A DNA stretch of 64,000 nucleotides. Source: an uncultured virus (IMG/VR IMGVR_UViG_3300007747_000151). Taxonomy: Duplodnaviria > Heunggongvirae > Uroviricota > Caudoviricetes. The translations under genes and the position numbers were made by a program. Shown here one piece after another: positions 48,177 through 60,200 of this stretch; within the stretch, counting starts at the first letter, position 1; every line of letters starts with the position of its first letter. The stretch lies in the IMG/VR virus record IMGVR_UViG_3300007747_000151; one strand, 5' to 3'. Below the pieces are notes generated by a model that saw only the letters and a program-made list of their open reading frames with translations, ran no database searches and had not been told where the DNA came from.

Positions 48177-51100
48177 CGACCTTGTCATTAACCTGGATGT
48201 CGACAATGCCACGTTCACCGAACAGATCGCCAGGATTAGGGGGCAACTGTCCGGTATGGCGGATGAATCGGACAAAGTGCAGACGCGCATGCGTAGTGCG
48301 GCAGAGTCGCAAATTAGCGCGCTGAAAACCACCAGCGCCGCCAGCGCAGGCGCCGTGTCCGATATGCAGAAGCGACAGGCGGATGCCGCCGCCGGGCTTC
48401 AGAACGAACTGCAACGGGTCTCCAAATCGGTCGATGAGACTTACCTGCGCGTCACCGGGTTAAACCAGCGTTATCGGGAGAACGATGCGCAGGCAGAGGC
48501 GCTGGCGCGGCGGCAGGATGCGCTGGCGGAATCGTTCTTTCGGCAGATAGATGGCGTTCGATCCCTCAGTGGTGAAACGCGGTCGCTGGCCAGTGTCCAG
48601 GAACAATTTCGTAAGGCCCGCGCGCAGGGGAACATCACTCAGGGCGATTATCTCTCCCTGATATCCCGTACCACGGCCCGACAGAAAGAACTCCAGCAGG
48701 TTGAGGAAAAAGCGAACCAGGCGCGCGAGAAATTTCTTCGCCAGCTGAAGGCGCAGGTTGTGGAGCAAAAGCTGTCTGGTACAGAGCTCCTGAGAATGAA
48801 AGCGGCGCAGGTGGGCGCCGGCGATGCTGCTGAAGTCTATATCCGCAAACTGGAAGCGGCAAAGGACGCCACGCACAGTCTTGGTCTCGAGAGCGCTGGC
48901 GCACGTCGGGAACTTGGCGTGCTGGCGGGGGAATTATTGCGTGGTAATTTCGGCGCGCTGCGTGGCTCCGGGATAACCCTGGCGAACCAGGCCGGGTGGC
49001 TCGAAAAAATGATGACGCTACGCGGACTGGGGATCGCCGGCGTGGTCGGTGGCATCGCGGCATCCGTCGTTCTGCTGGGAAAGGCATGGTACGAGGGCGG
49101 GAAGGAAGCCGAGGAGTTTAACAAACAGCTCATTCTCACCGGGAACTATGCCGGCAAAACCTCGGGACAACTGCAGGCGCTGGCGCGGAACATCTCAGGA
49201 AATGGAGTCACTCAGCACGCCGCGGCAGCCGTATTAGCGCAGGTTGTCGGAAGTGGGGCATTCGGTGGAGCCGACGTCGAGCGTGTTGCCAACGTGGCTG
49301 CAAGGCTCCAGCAGGCGACCGGCCAGGCGGTGGATGAAACTATTAACCAGTTCAAACGGCTGAAAGAGGATCCGGTTAATGCGGTTGCAACGCTGAATGA
49401 GTCGCTGCATTTTCTGACCGCCAGCCAGTTTGAACAGATTTCAGCTGCTCAGGCGATGGGGGATTCACAGCGTGCTGCAGAGCTCGCGATGCGGGCCTAT
49501 TCCGACAGCGTTATCCAGCGCGCAAATGCGGTGAAGGAAAATCTGGGGACACTGGAAACTGCGTGGAACTGGGTGAAAAATGCCGCCAGCGGCGCCTGGG
49601 ATGCCATGATGGGTATTGGTCGCAATCCTGATACGGCCATGAAGCGGCAGGGTGCTTTTGCGGATTGGCAGGCTGCGGAAAAAGAACGCAGGGCGCTGGA
49701 AGCAAACTTAAAGGTCGATCCCAACTACTCCGGTAATAATCCGTTAATCAAAGCCGATGCCGAACGTTTACGTAATGCCACTCAACGGGAAGCGCTGGCA
49801 AAACAAACGTTTGACGAAATTGACAAAGCGTACGCTAAGGAGGGGTTAGCCGCGGCGCGCGAGAAGCTGCGCAATGACCAGCAGCAGCAGGCAATAAGGA
49901 ATCAGCAGCAGTTTAACCAGCTTCTTGATGCTGGCCTGAAACCTGCCGAGCGGCGGGCCCGCGCTCAGGAAGAATTTAATAAGCTGGTTGCGAAAAATAA
50001 ACAGGATGCCATCGATGGGATCGCCACCCGCTGGACGGACAGCGATATCGCAAAAATCCGGGCGGGTATCGATGAGAAATACAAAGATCGTAAAACGCCG
50101 AAAACGCCGAAAGGCAGGCAGTACACCACACCCGCTGGCAACAAGGCTGAGGAAGGGGCGCAGGCGGAGCTGCTGACGTTGCAGGCGCAGCTTAAAACCC
50201 TGCAGCAGCATACTGACGTTAACGATGTGATCAGTAAGCAGCGCCGTGACCTCTGGCAGACGGAAAACCAGTATGCCGTTTTACAGGAGGCCGCCAGCCG
50301 CCGCCAGTTATCCACGCAGGAAAAATCCCTGCTGGCCCACAAAAACGAAACGCTGGAATACAAACGCCAGCTGGCCGATCTCGGTGATAAGTTCGCCCGG
50401 CAGCAAAAGCTGAATAATCTGGCGGATCAGGCTACTAAATTCGCCCAACAGCAAAGCGCGCTGAGAGCGGGGATCAATGCTCAGGCCGACGGGCTTTCTG
50501 GTAGGGAGTCGAACAGAAGGACCACGCTTGAAAAACTGAGTGAAACGTATGCCTTCAACCCTGATGCGCAGCGGAAGGTGCTGGCGGAACAGCAAGCCAC
50601 CTATGAAGCCGAGGACGCACTGCGCGGTAACTGGCTCGCCGGTGCGAAGCAGGGCTGGGCGGAGTATCAGGATTCGGCCACAGATGTTTTCTCATCTGTG
50701 AAAGATATTTCTCAGGCCACATTCAGTGGTCTTGCCAACCAGCTGACAGCGCTGACCACAACCGGAAAGGCGAGTTTTAAAGAATTCACCACATCCATTC
50801 TGAAGATGATTGTTCAGGTCATCAATCAGCTGATCGTGGCCTATACCATTCAGGCGGCTATGGGGTGGATCAGCGGCGGCTCCAGTTCCCCGAAGTCAGG
50901 GCCGTCGTATGCCGTTCCTTCCTATCGTCCTTCCGGTTTTGATGGGGGCGGTTTTACCGGGCATGGGGGGAAATACGAGCCCGCCGGGGTTGTCCACCGC
51001 GGCGAGTTCGTTTTCACCAAAGAGGCAACCAGCCGCATCGGCGTGAGTAACCTTTACCGGATGATGAAAGGCTATGCTTCCGGCGGATATGTCGGCGCTG

Positions 51101-51312
51101 GTGGTGCGCCTGCAGGCGCATTCGCTGGTGGCGTGAATGTCTATGCACCAGTAAGTGTGACAACTCAGCAGACAGGTAATGATCAGCGGCAGGGTAATAC
51201 TGATGCTGTTGGAAAGGCCTATCAGCAGGTTGTTAACCGCTCCGTGCAGGATGGGATTGCCAAAGCGCTGCGCCCCGGTGGGCTTATCTGGAACGCTAAT
51301 AACCGCAGGTGA
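48160..51312 (+). CDS. Tail tape measure protein H
   Basis: 1050 aa, Ala/Gln-rich; [14 protein letters not shown]-terminal [21 protein letters not shown]. Confidence 0.93.
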   Translation: MAQQISDLVINLDVDNATFTEQIARIRGQLSGMADESDKVQTRMRSAAESQISALKTTSAASAGAVSDMQKRQADAAAGLQNELQRVSKSVDETYLRVTGLNQRYRENDAQAEALARRQDALAESFFRQIDGVRSLSGETRSLASVQEQFRKARAQGNITQGDYLSLISRTTARQKELQQVEEKANQAREKFLRQLKAQVVEQKLSGTELLRMKAAQVGAGDAAEVYIRKLEAAKDATHSLGLESAGARRELGVLAGELLRGNFGALRGSGITLANQAGWLEKMMTLRGLGIAGVVGGIAASVVLLGKAWYEGGKEAEEFNKQLILTGNYAGKTSGQLQALARNISGNGVTQHAAAAVLAQVVGSGAFGGADVERVANVAARLQQATGQAVDETINQFKRLKEDPVNAVATLNESLHFLTASQFEQISAAQAMGDSQRAAELAMRAYSDSVIQRANAVKENLGTLETAWNWVKNAASGAWDAMMGIGRNPDTAMKRQGAFADWQAAEKERRALEANLKVDPNYSGNNPLIKADAERLRNATQREALAKQTFDEIDKAYAKEGLAAAREKLRNDQQQQAIRNQQQFNQLLDAGLKPAERRARAQEEFNKLVAKNKQDAIDGIATRWTDSDIAKIRAGIDEKYKDRKTPKTPKGRQYTTPAGNKAEEGAQAELLTLQAQLKTLQQHTDVNDVISKQRRDLWQTENQYAVLQEAASRRQLSTQEKSLLAHKNETLEYKRQLADLGDKFARQQKLNNLADQATKFAQQQSALRAGINAQADGLSGRESNRRTTLEKLSETYAFNPDAQRKVLAEQQATYEAEDALRGNWLAGAKQGWAEYQDSATDVFSSVKDISQATFSGLANQLTALTTTGKASFKEFTTSILKMIVQVINQLIVAYTIQAAMGWISGGSSSPKSGPSYAVPSYRPSGFDGGGFTGHGGKYEPAGVVHRGEFVFTKEATSRIGVSNLYRMMKGYASGGYVGAGGAPAGAFAGGVNVYAPVSVTTQQTGNDQRQGNTDAVGKAYQQVVNRSVQDGIAKALRPGGLIWNANNRR

Positions 51313-51315
51313 TTT

Positions 51316-51663
51316 ATGGCAATTGAAACATTCTCATGGCGCATTCAGGCTGCCAGCCAACCGACGCTAAAAAGCAAAGATAATATTCGTAAGGTTCAGT
51401 TTGGTGACGGTTATGCCCAGGTATCCGGGAATGGCATAAATGATGAAGCATTAAGTTATGAATTTTCATTTTCCGGCGACCCTGATACTGCGCTGGATAT
51501 TTATAAATTTTTGCGTCGCCATAAAACTAAATCGTTTTCCTTTAAACCACCATCAGGTGAATTAGCACTTTGGCGGGTTGAAGCGGACAGTCTGCAAAAA
51601 GTTATTCAGGGAAAGAAAATCATCACCATCACCGCAACATTTGAACAGGCATTTGCACCATGA
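51316..51663 (+). CDS. Minor tail protein M
   Basis: IETFSW...VQFGDGYAQ...ATFEQAF. Confidence 0.9.
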   Translation: MAIETFSWRIQAASQPTLKSKDNIRKVQFGDGYAQVSGNGINDEALSYEFSFSGDPDTALDIYKFLRRHKTKSFSFKPPSGELALWRVEADSLQKVIQGKKIITITATFEQAFAP

Positions 51664-52412
51664 TTAATTCTGATTATCAAAAGCTGGAGCCTGGTAATGA
51701 AATCAGGCTATTTGAAATTGATGGCAGTAGTTTTGGACTAGATAATGTTCTGTATTTCCACTCGCATAATATTGCCCATACAGAAGATGAAATAATTGCT
51801 GCAGGAGGGGATGAGGATAAGTTACCTGCAAAAAGTATCTGGTGGCAGGGTACTGAATATAAAGCCTGGCCGTGTGAGATAGAGGGGATTGAGGCTTCCA
51901 CTAGTGGGACGGATGCCCAGCCTACGTTTCGGGTTGCTAACCTTGATGCGTCTGTAACTGCTCTGTGCCTGCATTATGATGATCTGATGCAGGCAAAAGT
52001 CACTATCCACGATACGCTGGCAAAGTACCTCGATCCCCGTAATTTTCCCTCCGGCAATGCTACCGCCGATCCCACCCAGGAAAAATTGCAAACCTGGTAT
52101 ATCGATGCGAAAACCGATGAAACGGATGAGGTGGTGGAGTTCACCCTTGCCAGCCCGATGGACCTACAGGGCATGATGATCCCCACCCGCCAGTTGCATT
52201 CGTTGTGTACCTGGTGCATACGGAATAAGTATCGTTCTGGTGATGGCTGTGATTACGCAGGCTCGCGGTATTTTGACCAAAACAATAAGCCGGTCGATGA
52301 TCCCTCGAAGGACGTCTGCAACGGTACCCTCACAGCATGTAAGTTGAGGCACGGTGACACCAGTGAATTGCCGTTCGGTGGGTTCCCGGGGACTTCATTA
52401 ATCAGGAGCTGA
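51660..52412 (+). CDS. Minor tail protein L
   Basis: IWWQG.EY.AWP...IPTRQ...CTW...C.Y...C...C...FGGFPG. Confidence 0.92.
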   Translation: MINSDYQKLEPGNEIRLFEIDGSSFGLDNVLYFHSHNIAHTEDEIIAAGGDEDKLPAKSIWWQGTEYKAWPCEIEGIEASTSGTDAQPTFRVANLDASVTALCLHYDDLMQAKVTIHDTLAKYLDPRNFPSGNATADPTQEKLQTWYIDAKTDETDEVVEFTLASPMDLQGMMIPTRQLHSLCTWCIRNKYRSGDGCDYAGSRYFDQNNKPVDDPSKDVCNGTLTACKLRHGDTSELPFGGFPGTSLIRS

Positions 52413-52413
52413 T

Positions 52414-53124
52414 ATGCGTCAAAAAGTCATTCAGGCGATACAGGCACATGCGGCGGCGGAATACCCGAGAGAGGCCTGTGGGCTAGTCGCCCAGAAAGGC
52501 CGGGTAGTGCGCTATTTCCCGTGCCGTAACATTGCCGGTGAACCAACTGAGCATTTTATTCTGGCGCCTGAGGATTATGCTGCCGCTGAGGACTGGGGAG
52601 TAGTGACTGGGATCGTACACAGTCACCCGGACGGCACGACCCAGCCGAGCGAACTGGACAAGGCACAATGTGATGCGACCCTGATGCCCTGGCATATCAT
52701 CAGTTGGCCGGAAGGGGATTTTCGTACTATCCATCCTCGAGGGGAACTACCGTTACTTGAGCGACCGTTTGTGCTTGGCCATTATGATTGCTGGGGGTTG
52801 GTAATGAGCTACTTCCGGCAGACTCATGGTATAGAATTGCATGACTACCGCGTCGATTATCCCTGGTGGGAAAAACAGTATCTCGATAATTTTTACCACG
52901 ATTGTTGGTATGAATGTGGGTTCCGTGAATTTGATGGGCCCCCACAGCCGGGGGATATGGTCATCATGCAGGTTCAGTCGGATAAGTGGAATCATGCCGG
53001 GATCCTGCTGGAGGGAAATATGCTGCTGCACCATCTTTATGGTCACCTCAGTAAACGGGTGCCATATGGCGGTTACTGGTTAGAGAGGACTATGAAGGTT
53101 CTGCGTTATCATTCATTGTGCTAA
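52414..53124 (+). CDS. Tail assembly protein K (JAB + NlpC/P60)
   Basis: YPREACGL...VHSHPD...DCWGL...NHAGI. Confidence 0.92.
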   Translation: MRQKVIQAIQAHAAAEYPREACGLVAQKGRVVRYFPCRNIAGEPTEHFILAPEDYAAAEDWGVVTGIVHSHPDGTTQPSELDKAQCDATLMPWHIISWPEGDFRTIHPRGELPLLERPFVLGHYDCWGLVMSYFRQTHGIELHDYRVDYPWWEKQYLDNFYHDCWYECGFREFDGPPQPGDMVIMQVQSDKWNHAGILLEGNMLLHHLYGHLSKRVPYGGYWLERTMKVLRYHSLC

Positions 53125-53157
53125 CCTTTCTCCAAAATCAAAGGGAGTGGTACTAAA

Positions 53158-53556
53158 TTGAAAAAGATAATTTTATTATTATGCGTAACTAGTTTATTTG
53201 CCTGTTCAAGTAATCCTTTTGAGGAGACGAAAACACTATATTCTACTGAATATAAAAAACCTTCCTCAAACTCTACGCAAATTCGTGTTCATCGTGTTTC
53301 TCAGCTATCCGGTGCCGCATTAGGTGAAGATTGCCCCTTAGTGCTTAAGGTCGATGATAAAGAGATTGCAGGATTACAAAAAAATCAATATGTTGATTTA
53401 TACGTTCCTAATGGTCATCATAACTTATCTGTTAAATTTAAATGTGCATTGACTTCATGGAGAAAATCTTTAGAGCTTAATGCAGTTGGTGACTATCAGG
53501 AGTATAAAACTGAAATTGGAGCAGTCGGTCAATATCGAATGTGGCGAGTTAAATAA
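53158..53556 (+). CDS. AT-rich lipoprotein moron between K and I
   Basis: MKKIILLLCVTSLFAC lipobox; downstream hairpin plus T run at ~53578-53599. Confidence 0.78.
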   Translation: MKKIILLLCVTSLFACSSNPFEETKTLYSTEYKKPSSNSTQIRVHRVSQLSGAALGEDCPLVLKVDDKEIAGLQKNQYVDLYVPNGHHNLSVKFKCALTSWRKSLELNAVGDYQEYKTEIGAVGQYRMWRVK

Positions 53557-53612
53557 TATCCTGATATTTAACCTATAAGGTCGTTAACTCGGCCTTTTTG
53601 TTGGGGTTTTTT

Positions 53613-54218
53613 ATGCCAGAAGTAATGACAAAAATTGTGATTAGTGGAGTGCTGGGGAAGCACTTTGGGAAAGTCCACTATCGACTTGTAAGAAATACAA
53701 AAGAGGCCATTAGAGCACTTTGCTGTACAATAGATGGTTTCGAAAGATATTTAAATGAAAGTGAGCAAAAAGGTCTCACATATGCTGTATTTAAAAATGA
53801 TAAAAATATCGGAGAGGATGATTTAGCATTTCCAATATCCGGAGAAGAAATTCGTATTATCCCTGTATTAATCGGTAGTAAAAAAGCAGGAATGCTTCAA
53901 ACAATATTTGGAGCTGTGTTAGCTGCTGTTGGGGTTGTAGTAGGGGTGATGACTTCCTGGACAGGTGTGGGCGGGGCAATAGGTACTGCTATGGTAAGCG
54001 CGGGTGTGGGAATGATGGCTGGTGGTGTTATTCAGATGCTTTCTCCACAACCTGCAGGATTAGCCAGTAAACAATCCGACGATAACAAAGCCTCTTACGC
54101 ATTCGGCAGCGTGACCAATACAGCCTCACAGGGTTATCCAGTTCCCCTTCTCTACGGAAAACGACGAATTGGCGGAGCCATTATCTCTGCTGGGATCTAC
54201 GTGGAAGATCAGCAGTAA
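53613..54218 (+). CDS. Tail assembly protein I
   Basis: GVLGKHFGK...IRIIPVLIGSK...SYAFG...QGYPVPLLYG. Confidence 0.9.
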   Translation: MPEVMTKIVISGVLGKHFGKVHYRLVRNTKEAIRALCCTIDGFERYLNESEQKGLTYAVFKNDKNIGEDDLAFPISGEEIRIIPVLIGSKKAGMLQTIFGAVLAAVGVVVGVMTSWTGVGGAIGTAMVSAGVGMMAGGVIQMLSPQPAGLASKQSDDNKASYAFGSVTNTASQGYPVPLLYGKRRIGGAIISAGIYVEDQQ

Positions 54219-54279
54219 TTCAACGCATTGTAGTTAACCTTTCAGGCTGCCAACAGGCGGCTTTTTTTATGGGTAAAAT

Positions 54280-57200
54280 ATGGCGAACATCATTAAAGGG
54301 CGCAAAGGCGGCAGCTCTAAACAGCGCACACCCACAGAACAGCCGGATGATTTACAGTCCATTGCGAAAGCGAAAATTCTTGTTGCTTTAGGTGAGGGAG
54401 AGTTTGCCGGTAGCCTGACGGGTAAAGATATTTATCTCGATGGTACCCCGATCGAGAATGCCGACGGCTCACAAAACTTTAGCGGCGTGGCCTGGGAGTT
54501 TCGTCCAGGCACTCAGGCGCAAAACTATATTCAGGGTATTCCAGGTACCGAGAATGAAATTAGCGTGGGCACGGACATTTCAAGCCAGACGGCCTGGACC
54601 CACACGTTTACGAATACCCAGCTGTCCGCTATCCGGCTGCGTTTGAAATGGTCGGCTCTTTTTACTCAGGAAGATGATGGCGATCTGGTCGGCAACACCG
54701 TGAAATACGCCATCGATTTACAGACCGATGGCGGTAGCTGGCAGACAGTGGTTGATACGGCGGTGACCGGGAAAACTACTTCAGGGTATGAGCGAAGCCA
54801 CCGTATCGATTTGCCGCGGGCCGGCGCAACATGGACCGTTCGTCTGCGCAAATTAACTCCTGATGCTAACAGCGCAAAGATTGGCGACAATATGGCGCTG
54901 CTGAGTTATACGGAAGTTATCGACGCGAAGCTGCGTTATCCAAACACGGCTTTGCTATATATCGAGTTTGATTCGAGTCAGTTTAACGGCTCCATTCCAC
55001 AGATTTCATGTGAGCCCCGCGGTCGGGTTATTCGTGTCCCTGATACCTATGATCCTGAAACCCGCTCTTATACCGGAACCTGGACGGGCTCGTTTAAATG
55101 GGCATGGACTGACAACCCCGCATGGATTTTTTACGATCTGGTGGTTAGCGACCGCTTCGGTCTTGGCAATCGGCTGACTGCTGCCAATATCGATAAATGG
55201 ATGCTGTACCAGGTTGCGCAATACTGCGACCAGCTTGTTCCTGATGGTAAGGGCGGTGATGGCCTGGAGCCGCGTTATATCTGTAACGTATACATTCAGG
55301 ATCGCAATGCTGCCTATACGGTGCTGCGCGACTTTGCCGCCATATTCCGTGGAATGACATGCTGGAACGGTCAACAGATTATCGCGCTGGCGGATATGCC
55401 GCGCGATATCGATTTCACCTATACCCGCGCCAACGTCATTGATGGCAAATTCCGTTATTCCAGCAGTACCAGTAAAACCCGCTATACCAATGCTCTTGTA
55501 TCGTGGTCAGATCCGGCCAACGCCTATTCTGATGCAATGGAGCCGTCATTTGTAAAAGAGCTTGTCGCGCGCTACGGATTTAATCAGCTCGAGCTAACGG
55601 CGATCGGTTGCACTCGACAATCAGAGGCTCACAGGAAAGGGTTGTGGGGGATCCTAACCAATAACAAAGATCGCATGGTGACGTTTGATGTCGGCCTGGA
55701 TGGTAAAATTCCTCAGCCTGGTTACGTTATCGGCGTAGCCGATGAAATGCTGGCCGGGAAAGTCAACGGCGGCCGCATCAGTAAAGTAGACGGGCGGGTT
55801 ATCATCCTGGACAGGGATATTGATGCTAATGCCGGAGATCGCCTGCAGGTTAACCTGCCTTCCGGTACTTCCCAGAGCCGGACTATTCAGTCAATAAATG
55901 GCCGCCGGCAGGTGACTGTTACCACGGCATTCAGCGAGACTCCCGAGGCCGAATCAGTATGGGCTATTGAGTCTGATGATCTTTTCCTGCAGCAGTATCG
56001 TGTAGTTGGCGTTAAGGATAACAACAACGGGACTTACACGATTACAGGTACGTCGCATGATCCGGACAAATACGCGCGCATCGATACGGGCGCCATAATT
56101 GATCAGCGTCCGGTCAGTGTTGTTCCTCCGGGTAATCAGGCTCCGCCAGATGGCATCCTCCTTACGTCCTTCTCCGTGGTGAATCAGGGGATCATCGTCG
56201 AAACCCTGCAGGCCAATTGGGACGCGGTACAAAACGCTATCGCCTATGAGGCGCAGTGGCGCCGCAATGACGGCAACTGGATTAACGTGCCGCGCAGCTC
56301 GACCACGTCATTTGAGGTCAGCGGCATTTATGCCGGTCGCTATCTGGTGCGAGTCCGTGCGATCAACGCGGCGGAAATTTCCAGTGGCTGGGCGTACTCG
56401 GAAGAGAAGACCCTGACCGGGAAAGTTGGCGAACCGCTGCCGCCGCTGGCGCTGACGACCGTTTCACTGACCGCAGGTATCGAAATTCGCTGGGAATTCC
56501 CTGCAGGCGCAGACGATACCCAGCGAACCGAACTGCAGTACAGCCCGGACCAGAGCGGGAACGGTGCGATGCCGCTGACCGATTTAGCGTATCCGGGCAA
56601 ACAGTATCAGCAGATGGGCCTGCAGATTGCCACGCAGTTCTGGTACCGCGCGCGCCTGGTTGACCGCCTGGGCAATGCCTCGCCGTGGACTGACTGGGTG
56701 CATGGAATGGCCAGCGATAACGTTTCTGATTATTACCAGCAGCTCGACGACGCGCTTAAAGGCTCGGATACATACGAGGAACTGAACAAAGGCATCCAGG
56801 ACAACAGCGCTGCTGCCGACGCCGCGCAACAGGCTGCGGACGCCGCCCAGGGAACCGCTGACCAGGCGGCGAAGGATGTCGCCGCGCAGGGGGCCATTGT
56901 CACGCAGCAGGGCAAGGACCTGGCTGCCAACATCGCCAAAACCAACGACACGACCAACAAGCTGGCGCAGGAAGTGAAAGACCGCGCTGCAGGTGATACC
57001 GCCACAGCGCAGAAAGCGGCCAGCGATACCGCTGCAGCGGTGGCGAAAGCCGAAACGGACGATGCCGCCGTGGCGAAGCAGGCCGCCGATAACCTGCTGA
57101 GTGCTAAACGTGAAGTTGAAGCGGCGATTGAGACGACGAACGTCACCATGCAGAACGGCTTTGACAGCCTGGCGCAGCAGATGGCGTCGATTTCAGCCGG

Positions 57201-60200
57201 TACCGGCGAGCAGTTCGACAGTCTCAAAATCTGGTATTTCGACAAGGACAACGAGGGGTGGAGTTCTGACGACGGCGGCACGAAACCGCTCCCGACAACC
57301 GACGACGGGTGGATCCTTCCTGCGGATGCCATTTCGACCATGCGCAGCCCGTCGGGCGCTGGCACGCTGATTGACGGCAGCGCCTATAAGTACCTCCGCC
57401 TGCGCATCAAGAAAGTCGGCAACCCGGCCTGGGGCGGTCGGCTGTACTGGATTGGCGCTGATGAAACCGGCTGGACCGAAGGACGCCGCCTGGTGCTGCC
57501 AGCACCGGATTTTGACCCGGCCACCGGCATCAGCACTATCGCGATCCCGGATATCCCATGGCAGGCCTCTGGCACCATTCGCCGCCTGCGTCTCGACTTC
57601 TCACAGGGGGGAGCGGCCGACGCAGATAACTATTATGCCGTTGACTGGCTGGCCGTTGGGCGCCCGACTCCTGGTGCATCGCAGGCGCAGATTCAGGACC
57701 TGAAAACGGCGATGACTGCTGCCGATTCAGCTGAGGCGCTGGCGCGTAACCAACTGGCGGTGCAGCTGCGCGGCAACGAGGAAGGTACAGACCCGAATAA
57801 ACTGGTTTCTGGTCTTATTTTCGAAGAGCGGAAAATCCGCGTGACGGCTGAGAAGGCCATCGGCTCCCGCGTGGATACGTTGCGCGTCGATTATGATAAA
57901 TCCACTGCAGCGGCGACCCAGCGCATGGATACGCTGGCGAGCGACCTGCAGTCGACAGCCTCGAAAACGGATCAGGTCGCCGCGGACCTTGTTTCAGCGA
58001 ACGGCGTCATTGCTGGCCATACGCTGGCCATCCAGAAAATCGAGGGTGACGTCCAGACCATCGACGGCAAAGTTCAGGCCAACGCCAGCCAGATTGCCGG
58101 GGTGGAATCGAAGGTTGATAACATCCGAATCGGCGGCGTAAACCTGATACCCAACTCCGGGGAACTGACCGGCAAATCGCCATCTGCAACCGAACGTTAC
58201 CGGGGTAACGCGGTTCGCATCCTGACGCGTGCCGCCGGAGCGACTGATTTCGCCGTCCTCGACTACACGCTGGCCGCGCCGGTTGACGGTACCGAGTATG
58301 TTCTGTCGTTCTATGCGAAAGCGAAGACGGACAAGACGCCGGTTCGTTGTTTCCTGAATACGCCGGATGCCACTATCCGCGCTGAAACCAGCCAGGGCGT
58401 TATTGTGGAGCGTCCAGCCGGGTATAACGGCGATGTGACCGTGACGCTCTCCACGTCCTGGAGTCGCTATTGGGTTAAATACAAACGCAAACCTGGCTTG
58501 TCCGGGACGGCGTATCTCGTTGTGGCCAGACTCGACGGCGCAGCTGCAGCGCGCGAAGCGTGGATCAGCTCTCCGATGTTTGAATCCGGAAATATTGTGA
58601 GCGACTGGAGCCAGGCACCGGCAGACAGCGCCAGCTCGGATGCCGTCCAGCAACTGACGACCCGCGTCACGACTGCCGAGAATACGCTGGCCACCACGGC
58701 GCAGCAGACGACGGCGCTCAAGTCACAGATTACGACCGGCAACCTCCTGCTGAATGGCGACCTGATTAATAAAGCGGATAACTGGCAGCTGTCCGGCACC
58801 GGCGCGGGTGCTCCGGTCTATGACGCGGTGATGAAAGGTCTCACCACGACCGAGCCGGCGATGCGGATCGCCAACGGAACAAAAATCCCGGTTGAAGCCG
58901 GTCAGGTACTGACGCTCACCTTCGGATTCAAGACGGACGACGCGACGATCAGCATCGGGACCCAGAATTTTACGATGGGCCTGATTGAGAATTGGGGGGA
59001 TCCGACTAACTGGCTTGTCCAGGACAACACCTGGTTTGCGGGTATCACCACCGGCTACCAGACCCGCACGCTGACGTTCACGATCCCGAATGACTTCAAA
59101 GGGAGATGGTGTTACCTGCGCATGGCCTGCGGAGGATGGACGCCGTCAACCGCTCGCGTTTACCTGCAGGGCTTCATGCTGACCGCCTCAAACGGTATCG
59201 CTGGTAAAGCCGATGCATCAGCAGTGCAGGACCTGCAGTCGCAGGTCACGAAGAACGGTGACGACATTGCCACCAACGCCAGCGCGATCACTAGCCTGGG
59301 TGGGCGTATTGATGCCACCAATGCCGAGGTGGCGAAGAAAGCCACCACCGCCGCGCTGGATAGCCTGAAGGCCACCGTCACGCAGCAGGGTAAGGATATT
59401 ACCGCACAGGCGGAGCGGACGACGGCGTTAACCAATACCGTTAACCAGAATAAGCAGAATGCTGATTCTGCGATTGCCGCGAACGGCCAGGCGATCTCTG
59501 GTTTATCGCAAACTGTTTCACAGCAGGGCGACCGCATCACCAGCCAGGGCCAGCAGATTACGCAGGTCAGCAATAAAGTCGATACGGTGAATACTGACCT
59601 CGGCAAGCGGATTGACCAGAAGGCCGATAACAAGACAGTACAGGACCTCAGCGCCACCGTGACCCAGCAGGGCAAGGATATTACGGCGGCGAACCAGGCC
59701 ATCACCAGCCTGAAAGGGCGTGTTTCGACGGTTGAGGAAGGGCTGGCCAAAGCGGCCACCGCCGATGCCGTGAGTAAACTGGATACACGCGTTACAAACG
59801 CTGAGGGGAAAATTGAATCGCAGGGAACGGCGATCACCGGGATTAATGTTGCGCTGAACTCGCAGACGGCAGCGGGTGGCGACTACATCCTGAACCCAAC
59901 ATTTGACCCCGCATATCCGTCTATGGGCTTTACCCGCCGGGATACGGTAGACAGCAACGACGATGATGGTATTCCGTATGATGCTGACATCCCGGCAGGC
60001 GCTCCGCGTCGCTATGTAGCACGACTGGCCTCACGCGATCACCAGCTCAATACGCCACCGTGGCCGGTAAAAGCGGGGCAGGTATTCGAGATTTCGGTCT
60101 GGGTAGCGGCAAAGGCAGGTTCCAACGCCGCATTTAACATGTACATCGGCTCGGCTACGGGACCGAATACGGGTGCCGTGGCGTACGCTGCGTTACCGGG

